From an uncultured virus (IMG/VR IMGVR_UViG_3300021964_000044) (Duplodnaviria; Heunggongvirae; Uroviricota; Caudoviricetes), in IMG/VR virus record IMGVR_UViG_3300021964_000044: a DNA stretch of 64,000 nucleotides; one strand, written 5' to 3'. The position numbers and the translations under genes are program-made. Under the pieces are notes generated by a model. The model searched no databases. It was not told where the DNA came from and saw only the letters and a program-made list of their open reading frames with translations. This document shows, piece after piece, positions 1-8,459 of the stretch. The first letter of the stretch is position 1; each line of letters starts with the position of its first letter.

Positions 1-123
1 TCAATTCTTACTATGAAAGCGCTGATCGCACTGCAGGAAGCAATGGAGCGCATTGAAACCCTTGAAGCGTCTAACGCTGCACTTGAAGCTCGCCTAACCG
101 CACTTGAAGGAGGTGCATCATAA
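1..123 (+). CDS. 3' end of a tail fibre protein (coiled-coil tail typical of intramolecular chaperone / peptidase S74 domains); partial
   Basis: Frame 1 reads SILTMKALIALQEAMERIETLEASNAALEARLTALEGGAS*, the pattern that ends S74-chaperone tail fibres. Confidence 0.7.
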   Translation, partial: SILTMKALIALQEAMERIETLEASNAALEARLTALEGGAS

Positions 124-254
124 GCAATACTTACGTCTAGCTCTACTTAAACTAAAGCACCGTATAAATACATCGTCATAAAATGATAGTACAATTTGAG
201 CTAGACGCAAAAGACTAAATCCCTTAGAATAGATTTATCTAGAAGTAGTCAACT

Positions 255-752
255 GTGTCATACATCGGGAGACAACCAGCCCGTGGACAGAACCGAGAGA
301 TTGACGATGTCTCTGGTTCTTTTAACGGGATCTTAACCTCATTTAATTTAAGGGTGGGCGGCACGGCTGTTTACCCAGCAAGCACCAACCAGCTATTTGT
401 TTCGCTTGGTGGTGTAATGCAGAACCCAAGCACGGATTACACCGTGTCTGGCGACCAAATCACCTTCACTACCGCACCTGCATCAGGACTAGATTTCTTT
501 GCAGTGATGCAAGGAGATGCAGTTGATATTAATACACCAGCTGATGGAAGTGTTACATCAGCAAAGTTAGCATCAGATTTTACTGGTGCTACGGGTGGTT
601 CAGGGAACCATGTATTCCTTTTAAATGAGCAGAATGTAACTACAGATTATACGATTCCAGCGAATCGTAATGCAATGAGCGCTGGACCTATTACAATTGA
701 TGCAGGAGTCACTGTAACAATTCCTGCTACATCAACATGGGTCGTTGTTTGA
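255..752 (+). CDS. tail-fibre-associated structural protein
   Basis: MSYIGRQP N-terminus, GVMQNP..DYTVSG..ITFTTAP repeat unit, AMSAGPITI C-terminus typical of marine phage tail proteins. Confidence 0.7.
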   Translation: MSYIGRQPARGQNREIDDVSGSFNGILTSFNLRVGGTAVYPASTNQLFVSLGGVMQNPSTDYTVSGDQITFTTAPASGLDFFAVMQGDAVDINTPADGSVTSAKLASDFTGATGGSGNHVFLLNEQNVTTDYTIPANRNAMSAGPITIDAGVTVTIPATSTWVVV

Positions 753-760
753 GGTAAGTT

Positions 761-1285
761 ATGTCATTAACATTAGATGGTGGTACAGGTAACATTACAG
801 GGTTGAATGTAGAAGCGGGTAACTTACCTGCTGGAAATATCTTGCAGGTTGTTCAAGGGTCTACAGACGTCCGGGTACAGGTATCTACTACTACTTATAC
901 TCCAATAGGTCTTCAAGCAAGTATTACGCCGACATCAACTTCTAGCAAAATTTTGCTTTTAGTAAGCGTGCAGTATCAAGCTCAACAAACTGCAGAGTAT
1001 GCAGGACACGGTACTCGTGTTAAACGAGATTCAACTGTAATCAAAACGCCTATTCAAGGTGCTGCCGGTCCATACGAAGTTTGGCTACGAGCTACTGGCT
1101 CAACGGATGTGAATTATTACAACTCTCTTAATTATCAGATCCTAGACACACCTTCAACCACAAGTTCTATTACATATTCCGTTGAAGGTGCTTCATACAG
1201 TTCAGATGGTACTGTAAATTATCAGAGTCTAGGGAATGCTCAGAATCAAGTCTCAACTATTACTTTAATTGAGGTGGCAGGATGA
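761..1285 (+). CDS. tail fibre tip-like protein (paralog A)
   Basis: GNILQVV...ITPTSTSSKILL...TITLIEVA motif set; paralogous to 1647-2300. Confidence 0.7.
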   Translation: MSLTLDGGTGNITGLNVEAGNLPAGNILQVVQGSTDVRVQVSTTTYTPIGLQASITPTSTSSKILLLVSVQYQAQQTAEYAGHGTRVKRDSTVIKTPIQGAAGPYEVWLRATGSTDVNYYNSLNYQILDTPSTTSSITYSVEGASYSSDGTVNYQSLGNAQNQVSTITLIEVAG

Positions 1286-1650
1286 ATAATTACATTGATA
1301 CTGCGACAGCATTAAATTCGCTTTTCCCAAATTCTCAATTTTCAATCACCAATGGTGTAATTACCTGGCTTAGCCCAGACATCACTCAACCTACAGAAGC
1401 AGAAATCCAAGCAGAAATTGCACGTCTTGAAGCGGAGCAACCTTGGAAAGAACTACGCCAAAAACGTAACCGTTTGTTAGCTGAAACCGATTGGGTGTCA
1501 ATGAAAGCCCTGGATGCATCAACTGATGGTCTTGGTATTCAGCTTCCTCAAGTGTGGATGGATTATCGTCAAGCATTAAGAGATTTACCAGCAAATACAA
1601 CGGACCCAGCAAATCCAGATTGGCCCGTTAAACCAGGAGGTGAAGCATGA
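1282..1650 (+). CDS. tail fibre assembly chaperone-like protein (paralog A)
   Basis: LRQKRNRLLAETDW...YRQALRDLP...WPVKP motif; ATGA coupling. Confidence 0.75.
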   Translation: MNNYIDTATALNSLFPNSQFSITNGVITWLSPDITQPTEAEIQAEIARLEAEQPWKELRQKRNRLLAETDWVSMKALDASTDGLGIQLPQVWMDYRQALRDLPANTTDPANPDWPVKPGGEA

Positions 1651-2300
1651 GTATTAAGTTACCAGGAGCAACAAACGGTTCGGTTGAACTGGACGTTCCC
1701 GCCGCTATTGGGTCAGACGTAAGTTTGACTATTCCAGGTACTACAGGAACAGTGCTAGCTGCTCCAGGTAATACAAACATTACGGTTCCTAGCTCTGACG
1801 GCACGCTTGACCGCCTTGAGCGTGCTGGAAATATCTTGCAGGTTGTTAGTGTGACTAAAACTAATACATTTAGCGCTTCAAGCGGTGCTGTTGCTGATGT
1901 ACCTGGACTGCAACCAACGATTACGCCTACGTCTACTTCAAGTAAAATTTTAATTTTAACTGACGTAGCAATTGCTGCAGCAAGTGGTGGTCACAGAGCT
2001 GCCTGCCGTGTTATTCGACGAATTGGTGGCGTAGATTCAACAATTACAGAAGGAGATGCTAACGGTAGCAGAACGCGTACAATGTGGGCGTCACATTTGA
2101 CTCAATTAAATGGATTTATGCACCGAGCAAATATCCAACATTTAGACTCACCTAATAGCACAAATTCCATTACTTATGTGTTCCAACTTCAAAGGATAGA
2201 CCTTGGAACAATTACTGTAAATTTAGGGTATAACGATTCAGACACCTCGTCTCACGGTGCACCTATATCCAGTGTAACTTTACTGGAGGTAGCAGCATGA
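1647..2300 (+). CDS. tail fibre tip-like protein (paralog B)
   Basis: GNILQVV...ITPTSTSSKILI...SVTLLEVA. Confidence 0.7.
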   Translation: MSIKLPGATNGSVELDVPAAIGSDVSLTIPGTTGTVLAAPGNTNITVPSSDGTLDRLERAGNILQVVSVTKTNTFSASSGAVADVPGLQPTITPTSTSSKILILTDVAIAAASGGHRAACRVIRRIGGVDSTITEGDANGSRTRTMWASHLTQLNGFMHRANIQHLDSPNSTNSITYVFQLQRIDLGTITVNLGYNDSDTSSHGAPISSVTLLEVAA

Positions 2301-2623
2301 ACCACCTAGCTATTTTAAAAGTTCATCCTAATGCGGCTACTATTGATGACAGTGAAGGCGTCAAAGATGCCGACGGTAATCAAATCACCATTGATCAAAC
2401 CCTTGTAGACGCAGCCGCTGCTGAACTTCAGGTTGAGTACCAGTGGAACGAACTACGTCAAAAGCGTAACCGTCTAATCGCGGAAACCGATTACCTGGCG
2501 TTGTCTGACAGCACTCTGACTACTGAGATGGCTGCTTACCGCCAAGCCTTGCGGGATCTACCTGCAAACACTACTGACCCAACTAATCCTGTTTGGCCTG
2601 TTAAACCCGGAGGTGCATCATGA
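2297..2623 (+). CDS. tail fibre assembly chaperone-like protein (paralog B)
   Basis: LRQKRNRLIAETDY...YRQALRDLP...WPVKP. Confidence 0.75.
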   Translation: MNHLAILKVHPNAATIDDSEGVKDADGNQITIDQTLVDAAAAELQVEYQWNELRQKRNRLIAETDYLALSDSTLTTEMAAYRQALRDLPANTTDPTNPVWPVKPGGAS

Positions 2624-3753
2624 GCACAATTAAAGTAAACAATATTGTCCCACCTAATGTAGGTGAGGGTGTCACGATTGACGGCTTGCAGATGCCCACT
2701 GCTGGCCCGTTGAGCAACAGGAACCTCATCATCAATGGGGCTGTAGAAGTGAGCCAAAGAGGCACAGGATTTGTTGATGTGGTAGATACTGGCCCCGGCC
2801 ATTATATAGTTGACCGATTCAAGGCTTATCATTTTGCTGGAACTGCAGGCTCTTCAGTTATTGAACATAGTCACAGCACAGATGCACCAGATGGCTTTAA
2901 ACACAGTTATTTGGCTCGCGTAAAAACTACAGGAATGACAGCTTCCGATGGCTATACCTTGTTGGGACAAAATATTGAAGGCTACAATATAAATTCTTTA
3001 GACTGGGGCAGTGCCTCTGGCAAGTCCGCAACTTTATCATTTTGGGCAAAATCAAGTGAAATTGGTACGTTCTGTTTTGCTATTAGAAACGATGGAAGCT
3101 CACGTAGTTACGTTAAAACGTTTGACCTAGACGATACAAACTGGAATTTTGTTTCTTTCACAGTTCCTGCTGAAACCACAGGTACATGGAATAGTACCAA
3201 TGGCGTTGGCATGCAACTTACTTGGGGCCTTGATGTTGGAACTAATTACGAAGGCGCCGTAGAAACTTGGTTGACATCAAATGCCTTTACCGCTTCAGGC
3301 ATGACAAACACTTGGACTGATACTGTAAATAATACGTTTCAAATCACAGGCGTCCAACTAGAAGTAGGTTCCAAGGCTACCCCGTTTGAACACGAACTCT
3401 ACTCTCAGACCTTGGCTAAGTGTATGCGTTATTTCCAATATTTTGGTCAAACTCTTGCTTCTCCAGATGGCACTGACGATGGGTTTATGACTTTTGCCAA
3501 CTATACATCTGTAAATGCTTACGGGGGACAAAAATTTATAGTACCAATGCGAGCCCGTCCTACATTTGCCGGAAATAATCTGAATTATTACGCAAACGGT
3601 GGAGTGGATAACAGTGTTGCTGTAACTATGATTGGTGCTAGTTATAATTATGGTGAGCTGAGAGTTGGTGGAATAAGTGTTAACCAAGGTGGAGCTGGTT
3701 GGTTAAGAATTGAAGGTGTTGACGCCTTTATTAGTTTTTCTGCGGAGCTTTAA
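2620..3753 (+). CDS. tail fibre / carbohydrate-binding receptor-binding protein
   Basis: NRNLIING..VSQRG, TLSFWAKS, ITGVQLEVGSKATPFEH, C.RYFQ motifs of a common marine phage tail family. Confidence 0.75.
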   Translation: MSTIKVNNIVPPNVGEGVTIDGLQMPTAGPLSNRNLIINGAVEVSQRGTGFVDVVDTGPGHYIVDRFKAYHFAGTAGSSVIEHSHSTDAPDGFKHSYLARVKTTGMTASDGYTLLGQNIEGYNINSLDWGSASGKSATLSFWAKSSEIGTFCFAIRNDGSSRSYVKTFDLDDTNWNFVSFTVPAETTGTWNSTNGVGMQLTWGLDVGTNYEGAVETWLTSNAFTASGMTNTWTDTVNNTFQITGVQLEVGSKATPFEHELYSQTLAKCMRYFQYFGQTLASPDGTDDGFMTFANYTSVNAYGGQKFIVPMRARPTFAGNNLNYYANGGVDNSVAVTMIGASYNYGELRVGGISVNQGGAGWLRIEGVDAFISFSAEL

Positions 3754-3754
3754 A

Positions 3755-3943
3755 ATGACTGTATCTTATCAACTTATTGCAGGTATTACTGGAACAGTAA
3801 AAGCTGTTAAACGAACGGAACCCGATCAGATCGATCTTTGCATCCCGTTTGACCCCGATAACACCAACTACCAAGAATACCTAGCCTGGCTAGCCGAAGG
3901 CAACGAACCACTACCCGCTGATGAACCACCAGCAGCAGAGTAA
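3755..3943 (+). CDS. small tail-associated protein
   Basis: IPFDPDNTNYQEYLAWLAEGNEP motif usually found after this fibre family; ATG at 3755 chosen. Confidence 0.7.
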   Translation: MTVSYQLIAGITGTVKAVKRTEPDQIDLCIPFDPDNTNYQEYLAWLAEGNEPLPADEPPAAE

Positions 3944-4232
3944 ACCTTCTTGCACTTCCTGTATTTTAACGCTAGTGTTGACGCTCGTTAACACTGGCGT
4001 TTTAGCGTATTCTTTTTTTACATTTCCTAAAATTTTAAAAAAAGAGGTCAACGCAAGTAATGCTGCGGTGCAATTAGAAATAACAAAAATAATAAAGAAC
4101 GAGCTAGCTAGCACGGCTAATAAGTTATCAAAACACGTTGACAATAAATTTCAATACGATTTGGTTATGGCAATAAAAAAGCATAGTCCTAAGATTCCTA
4201 TAGAAACCGGTCCAGCGATTTTCCTTGACTAA
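3921..4232 (+). CDS. hypothetical membrane protein
   Basis: N-terminal hydrophobic segment, helical body, P..TGPA C-terminus as in cyanophage hypotheticals. Confidence 0.55.
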   Translation: MNHQQQSKPSCTSCILTLVLTLVNTGVLAYSFFTFPKILKKEVNASNAAVQLEITKIIKNELASTANKLSKHVDNKFQYDLVMAIKKHSPKIPIETGPAIFLD

Positions 4233-5056
4233 TGGCGCCCATAAAAGAGTTAAAAGATATTAATATTGAGATTTTTAAGACTATTGCAGATTCAGGCACG
4301 CAGATCCCTAAAACAAATCTGTTCCTAAGTCCCCCTATAACGGTTCAGTTAGGCGTTCCGATCATTGAGATGCCTGGGTGTGTCGAAACACATCGCAATG
4401 CTGGTTCATCAAAAACTGTGTTTAAAGACGATGATAATGGCACATTAATTTTATGTACCGGTGGAGTGCCTTCATACAATCCTTTGAACTTCACGCCTGA
4501 CGAATTTATTTATACTTCTCCGGCGAAAGTACCGCCTTATAGAAAACCTAAAGATGCGCCAACACAATCGTTGCCTATTGATGCAATCCCTCCTGAAGCT
4601 GCCCCATCAAGCGCCACAGTTGTAAAAGAGCCTGAAGCGATTGACTTTAATGTAAATCCAATCGAATGTCCCCCTACGAGTGGGTTAAAAATTGGACAGC
4701 GTACTGCTAATAAAGAGTTAATAGTTACAGGATATAAGTTGAATGGAGACGTCTGCGAAGCTATCACCGAACCTGTTCCAGCTATTCAAACAATCGCAGA
4801 AGAGTATTTACCTGCGCCAGGTGCTGTCACCACGACAGCTACTATTGCGCTGGTTGCGACCACTTCGGCATTACTTGCAAAACCGGCATCTGATTTAATT
4901 CTGAAGTTGATAAAGCCTGCTGTAAAGAAGGTGACGAAGAAAGTTGCTGCGCTTTCTGGGAAAGAGGTAATACGGGAATCTGTATCGCAGAGGATTGCTG
5001 CCCAGCGGGAGCGTAATCACGCTCTATTGGCGCTGAAACGGACCCTGAAGAGATAG
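4232..5056 (+). CDS. conserved cyanophage hypothetical protein with C-terminal hydrophobic and basic segment
   Basis: GVPIIEMPGCVETH, TTATIALVATTSALLAKP motifs. Confidence 0.7.
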   Translation: MAPIKELKDINIEIFKTIADSGTQIPKTNLFLSPPITVQLGVPIIEMPGCVETHRNAGSSKTVFKDDDNGTLILCTGGVPSYNPLNFTPDEFIYTSPAKVPPYRKPKDAPTQSLPIDAIPPEAAPSSATVVKEPEAIDFNVNPIECPPTSGLKIGQRTANKELIVTGYKLNGDVCEAITEPVPAIQTIAEEYLPAPGAVTTTATIALVATTSALLAKPASDLILKLIKPAVKKVTKKVAALSGKEVIRESVSQRIAAQRERNHALLALKRTLKR

Positions 5057-5843
5057 AGTGCTTGTGTGGACGAAGTGTGCTTTGAGGTTGGCGGACAACT
5101 ACGTCAGCGCAAACCTTGAAAAAAGGCGACTTTGGATGAAAAGTAATCCCTGCTTTAGCCAATTCACCACAGTTTTTTAGTCTTGCAATCTCAAAGTCAA
5201 GACGACGATTTGCAAGGATTTGTTTCTGTAAAGCTATTTGAGTGTCTGCAGCGCTTTTACATCTCGCTTGCAGGCCTCCGTCAAGAGGAATTGAAAGCGT
5301 GGCGGATAATCCTGCATTCCAACTGTAGTTACTTTTTTGTCCAGTCCTTACAGGGATTTCATAGAGAACTTTGCCAGGATTATCTAGAAGTCCGTCTTCA
5401 TTTAAATCACTGGTGTCGTAAACTGGGTCGTTGTAGTAGGGTTCGTACGGTTTTTGAAATGAACCTGTTCTTGTGAGATAGGGGGTAAAGTTAAGCGTTG
5501 GACCTTGGCACTGGATTCCGTTACCATAGGTGTTTGTGATGTAGGGTCCTTGAAGGACCTGAATAGCCTGATTAGTAACAGAACCGCTAGAGTTTGCCAC
5601 AGGAGCAGCAGTAGCACTGACACCCCCAACATCTGCAGCAAGACTTTGGCTAGGAAATAACGAAAAGACACCTATTGCGAAAAGATAGAAGTGCTTTCCG
5701 TGATGCTTTGGATCTCTGTTTTTCTTGTAATTATAGTCTGATTGGCTAGTCCTGGGCCTTGAAAGGTTTCCGTGAATTGAAAGGCTTGTCCAGGGTTGAC
5801 GATCGTCCAGCTTGGTTTCGTTGCCGAATTTAGAGTTGTCCAT
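4842..5843 (-). CDS. conserved cyanophage secreted protein; true start uncertain
   Basis: Signal-peptide-like KHFYLFAIGVFSLFPSQSLA followed by VGGVSATAAPVANSSGSVTNQAIQVLQGPY; nearest in-frame ATG is far upstream. Confidence 0.65.
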   Translation of the reverse strand: MDNSKFGNETKLDDRQPWTSLSIHGNLSRPRTSQSDYNYKKNRDPKHHGKHFYLFAIGVFSLFPSQSLAADVGGVSATAAPVANSSGSVTNQAIQVLQGPYITNTYGNGIQCQGPTLNFTPYLTRTGSFQKPYEPYYNDPVYDTSDLNEDGLLDNPGKVLYEIPVRTGQKSNYSWNAGLSATLSIPLDGGLQARCKSAADTQIALQKQILANRRLDFEIARLKNCGELAKAGITFHPKSPFFKVCADVVVRQPQSTLRPHKHSISSGSVSAPIERDYAPAGQQSSAIQIPVLPLSQKAQQLSSSPSLQQALSTSELNQMPVLQVMPKWSQPAQ

Positions 5844-6127
5844 GTACTGGAGATGCCGTTAACAGTGTTGCCTTCGGTGTTCTTCATTTGAGGCGCTAAA
5901 CTGCCCCCAGAATGTCGAACATTAGTTCCAGTTACAGAGTACTGATATCCAGTGTTGTAGTCAATCGAGTTTATAGTCTCGCTTACGACTGATGTTGTTT
6001 CAGTCCTTGACGTGAGGGAGCCTTGAGTAAAATTCGGCACAACAGGAACCCCATGGGCGGCTGTTGTGAAGCCGTGTACTAGCCCCAGGAGGAAACCGAG
6101 CCCGATCGCCTCTTGAAGTCTGGTCAT
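5672..6127 (-). CDS. conserved cyanophage secreted Thr/Ser-rich protein
   Basis: Signal peptide then VPVVPNFTQGS; FQFTETFQGPGL motif. Confidence 0.7.
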   Translation of the reverse strand: MTRLQEAIGLGFLLGLVHGFTTAAHGVPVVPNFTQGSLTSRTETTSVVSETINSIDYNTGYQYSVTGTNVRHSGGSLAPQMKNTEGNTVNGISSTWTTLNSATKPSWTIVNPGQAFQFTETFQGPGLANQTIITRKTEIQSITESTSIFSQ

Positions 6128-6619
6128 TTATTTCACCGTAATTTCGCTAACGAATTGGCCAGTAGCGGTAGTTCCTGCGCCACCGGCAGTGAGGCTTATG
6201 CCACCTGCTGAATCGATGGTGCCAGCAAGGCTGCCTGCATACCCGCCAGCCGTTGTAGTAGTGTTTCCAAGGGCCGGGAGACTGCCAACCGAACCGTTCG
6301 AAACGGTAGTAGCACTCGGTGTAGCGTCCCCTTCGATAAAAGATTCACTAAAAGTGAAGGCGTCTCCTGCGGTTGTAAGCTCACTGTCGAATGACGTGTA
6401 TCCAACAGCAGAACCTGCAGTCAGTGCGTCGAGTCCACCGAAATTGCCACCTGTAGTCACTTGGACATTATTGCCACTAACTGAATATGTACTACCAATG
6501 CGAGTTGCTTGGCTCGCTGCACCGTCAACTTGTAACTGTATAGATGTCTGCAACTTGTGAGTAATATCAGCCTTAGCAGGAGCAGCAATTAACACCAATA
6601 AAGGCAAAATTAACCACAT
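6128..6619 (-). CDS. conserved cyanophage secreted Gly/Thr/Ser-rich beta protein
   Basis: Sec signal ending AKA, then DITHKLQTSIQLQVDGA; C-terminal TATGQFVSEITV. Confidence 0.75.
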   Translation of the reverse strand: MWLILPLLVLIAAPAKADITHKLQTSIQLQVDGAASQATRIGSTYSVSGNNVQVTTGGNFGGLDALTAGSAVGYTSFDSELTTAGDAFTFSESFIEGDATPSATTVSNGSVGSLPALGNTTTTAGGYAGSLAGTIDSAGGISLTAGGAGTTATGQFVSEITVK

Positions 6620-6671
6620 TTGATTTCCCTATCGCTGTTAAAATTTTAGCACTTAGGACATATAGGTTAAA

Positions 6672-6935
6672 ATGTTTACTATGAAAGAAGATGACGATCA
6701 CGGTTTTTCATTAAAAGACATGTTGGCGACAATGGTGCCAGCAGGTGTATTGACTTGGGCTCTTGCGATGCTCACTGCAAGTTATATGGGAGCGGCAAAG
6801 ATCGATGCCGCATTTATTTCTTCCCTTGTCACTTCGGTCCTGGCTGTTTACGGTATAAGCCGGAAAGATGATAGTACAAAAGGGCCGAAAAAGATTATAG
6901 TTGATGATAAGAAACCTCCTACTCTTCCTAAGTGA
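6672..6935 (+). CDS. small two-TM protein, possible holin
   Basis: Two hydrophobic helices and a Lys-rich C-terminus; precedes a peptidase-like gene. Confidence 0.45.
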   Translation: MFTMKEDDDHGFSLKDMLATMVPAGVLTWALAMLTASYMGAAKIDAAFISSLVTSVLAVYGISRKDDSTKGPKKIIVDDKKPPTLPK

Positions 6936-7747
6936 TTGACTTAGAGATCGGATCCGTAGTCACAATAAAATCTGTACGTCACGACACACTTACCAAAGAG
7001 TGTGTGGAGGTAAAAAAGAACAGAAGAGAAGATAGAGCGCATGTTTACTTAAACAGAGTTTTTAAAAATTGTAAAATATTAGACAAAACGGAAGATCGCA
7101 CTAGAATTGATTTTGGTCTTGGCTCGTGGTGGATAAAGAATAAGGCTTGGGAGAAAGTTGTAGAGCAAAAAGATACGTACAAGTGCACAATTGAGGGGGA
7201 ATTGCACTATTTAAAAGGTTTTCCTTACTTCCCAAATAGGCCTGTATCAGAAGGTGCTAAGGGTAGGCATTATACGCAGGTGGCATGTATCGCCATGTGT
7301 CTTAAATACCTCAAATTAGGTGGAATTGAGACTTTCGAGGATTATGCGATTGTTGCGAAAAATTTTTACAACGGTCGGCATCACTATCACAACAAAAATA
7401 TTTGTAGAGAACTGGGGGTATCAGTTCAGCACTCGTGCAGCCTAGGACATGACGACATTGAAAACTATATTAATCAAGGTTTTCCAGTTCCCTGCGCAAT
7501 AGTTGCACGTGGACGGTGGGAGGACCCTCATGGATTAGCGTCCTATGTAGTTATTTATGGTTATGACGATAAAGATTGGCTTGTTATGGATCCCACTGGC
7601 GAGTTCAACATCGAAAGAGGGTTATGGTTGCGACAAGACGATGGATCAGGGAAAGAACTACGTCTAAATAAAGAGAAACTAGACAAGCGCTTGTTTCACG
7701 GTGGGGGATACGCAGCGTGGGGTTATATCGATTTTCAAGAATTGTGA
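6932..7747 (+). CDS. peptidase C39-like domain protein, catalytic residues appear substituted
   Basis: PYF...IAMCLKYL, INQGFPVP, VVIYGYD...WLVMDP.GE pattern of C39-like domains. Confidence 0.6.
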   Translation: MIDLEIGSVVTIKSVRHDTLTKECVEVKKNRREDRAHVYLNRVFKNCKILDKTEDRTRIDFGLGSWWIKNKAWEKVVEQKDTYKCTIEGELHYLKGFPYFPNRPVSEGAKGRHYTQVACIAMCLKYLKLGGIETFEDYAIVAKNFYNGRHHYHNKNICRELGVSVQHSCSLGHDDIENYINQGFPVPCAIVARGRWEDPHGLASYVVIYGYDDKDWLVMDPTGEFNIERGLWLRQDDGSGKELRLNKEKLDKRLFHGGGYAAWGYIDFQEL

Positions 7748-7775
7748 GCTATACTCAGTTCAAATCTACAGGACC

Positions 7776-7988
7776 ATGGAAGAGCTGATTCGCGACACTG
7801 AGGCAAAATTAAAAGAGCAGCAGACAATTCTCGCAGATAAAATTAGGGCCGCAGAAGACTCTCTAATGCGGGACAAAGAAATGTTTTTAAAAGTTACAGG
7901 TGCGCTGGAAGGGATCTCCATCTTAGAGCAACGCCTGAATGAGGAGGTTCAAGAAAATGAATCTTCTGTAAACATCGCTTTAGGATGA
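7776..7988 (+). CDS. hypothetical coiled-coil protein
   Basis: ORF with ATG 7776; KV.GALE.I motif; coupled to next gene. Confidence 0.6.
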   Translation: MEELIRDTEAKLKEQQTILADKIRAAEDSLMRDKEMFLKVTGALEGISILEQRLNEEVQENESSVNIALG

Positions 7989-8227
7989 AAGACATGCTCG
8001 GAGATCTTAATAAAGGGCGCTATAAGGCTTTAGAGTTGCTCGCCGAGCAGATGCGCTATCCTAGCCCTGATCTGTGTGTAAACGCGATATTCCTAGACAT
8101 TTCTGACGATGATTTAAACTGGGTTGTTAGTCGTGTCCACTACTATCTTTTGAAGATTTTAGAGGACGCTGAGTATGACCCAGCTGAGGACGAATCAGAT
8201 TTTGATTCGATAGGACTCACAGATTAA
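7985..8227 (+). CDS. hypothetical acidic protein
   Basis: 80-aa ORF, ATGA overlap. Confidence 0.6.
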   Translation: MKDMLGDLNKGRYKALELLAEQMRYPSPDLCVNAIFLDISDDDLNWVVSRVHYYLLKILEDAEYDPAEDESDFDSIGLTD

Positions 8228-8298
8228 GCCAGCTAACGGATTTGAACCGATGGCCTTCGCTTTACAAAAGCGCTGCTCTACCACTGAGCTAAGCTGGC
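8227..8298 (-). tRNA. trnT: tRNA-Thr(TGT)
   Basis: Cloverleaf GCCAGCT/AGCTGGC, anticodon loop TTTGTAA, GGTTCAAATCC T-arm; no encoded CCA. Confidence 0.95.
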
Positions 8299-8300
8299 AA

Positions 8301-8374
8301 TCGGGAATACAGGATTTGAACCTGTGGCATCCGCCTCCCAAAGACGGCGCTCTACCAAACTGAGCTAATTCCCG
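8301..8374 (-). tRNA. trnP: tRNA-Pro(TGG)
   Basis: CGGGAAT/ATTCCCG acceptor stem, loop TTTGGGA, GGTTCAAATCC. Confidence 0.95.
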
Positions 8375-8375
8375 A

Positions 8376-8448
8376 TGCTCCCTGAGGGGATCGAACCCAC
8401 CTTAGCCGAATTATGAGTTCGGAGCATTCACCAGATTGCTAAGGGAGC
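8376..8448 (-). tRNA. tRNA with CAT anticodon (Ile2 or elongator Met)
   Basis: GCTCCCT/AGGGAGC acceptor stem, CCGAA-CTCATAA-TTCGG anticodon arm; lacks the initiator GGG/CCC stem. Confidence 0.88.
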
Positions 8449-8459
8449 GTGCGTGTATT

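Noticed and set aside
761..3753. Possible diversity-generating retroelement acting on tail genes
   Set aside because: No reverse transcriptase and no template/variable repeat pair differing only at adenines
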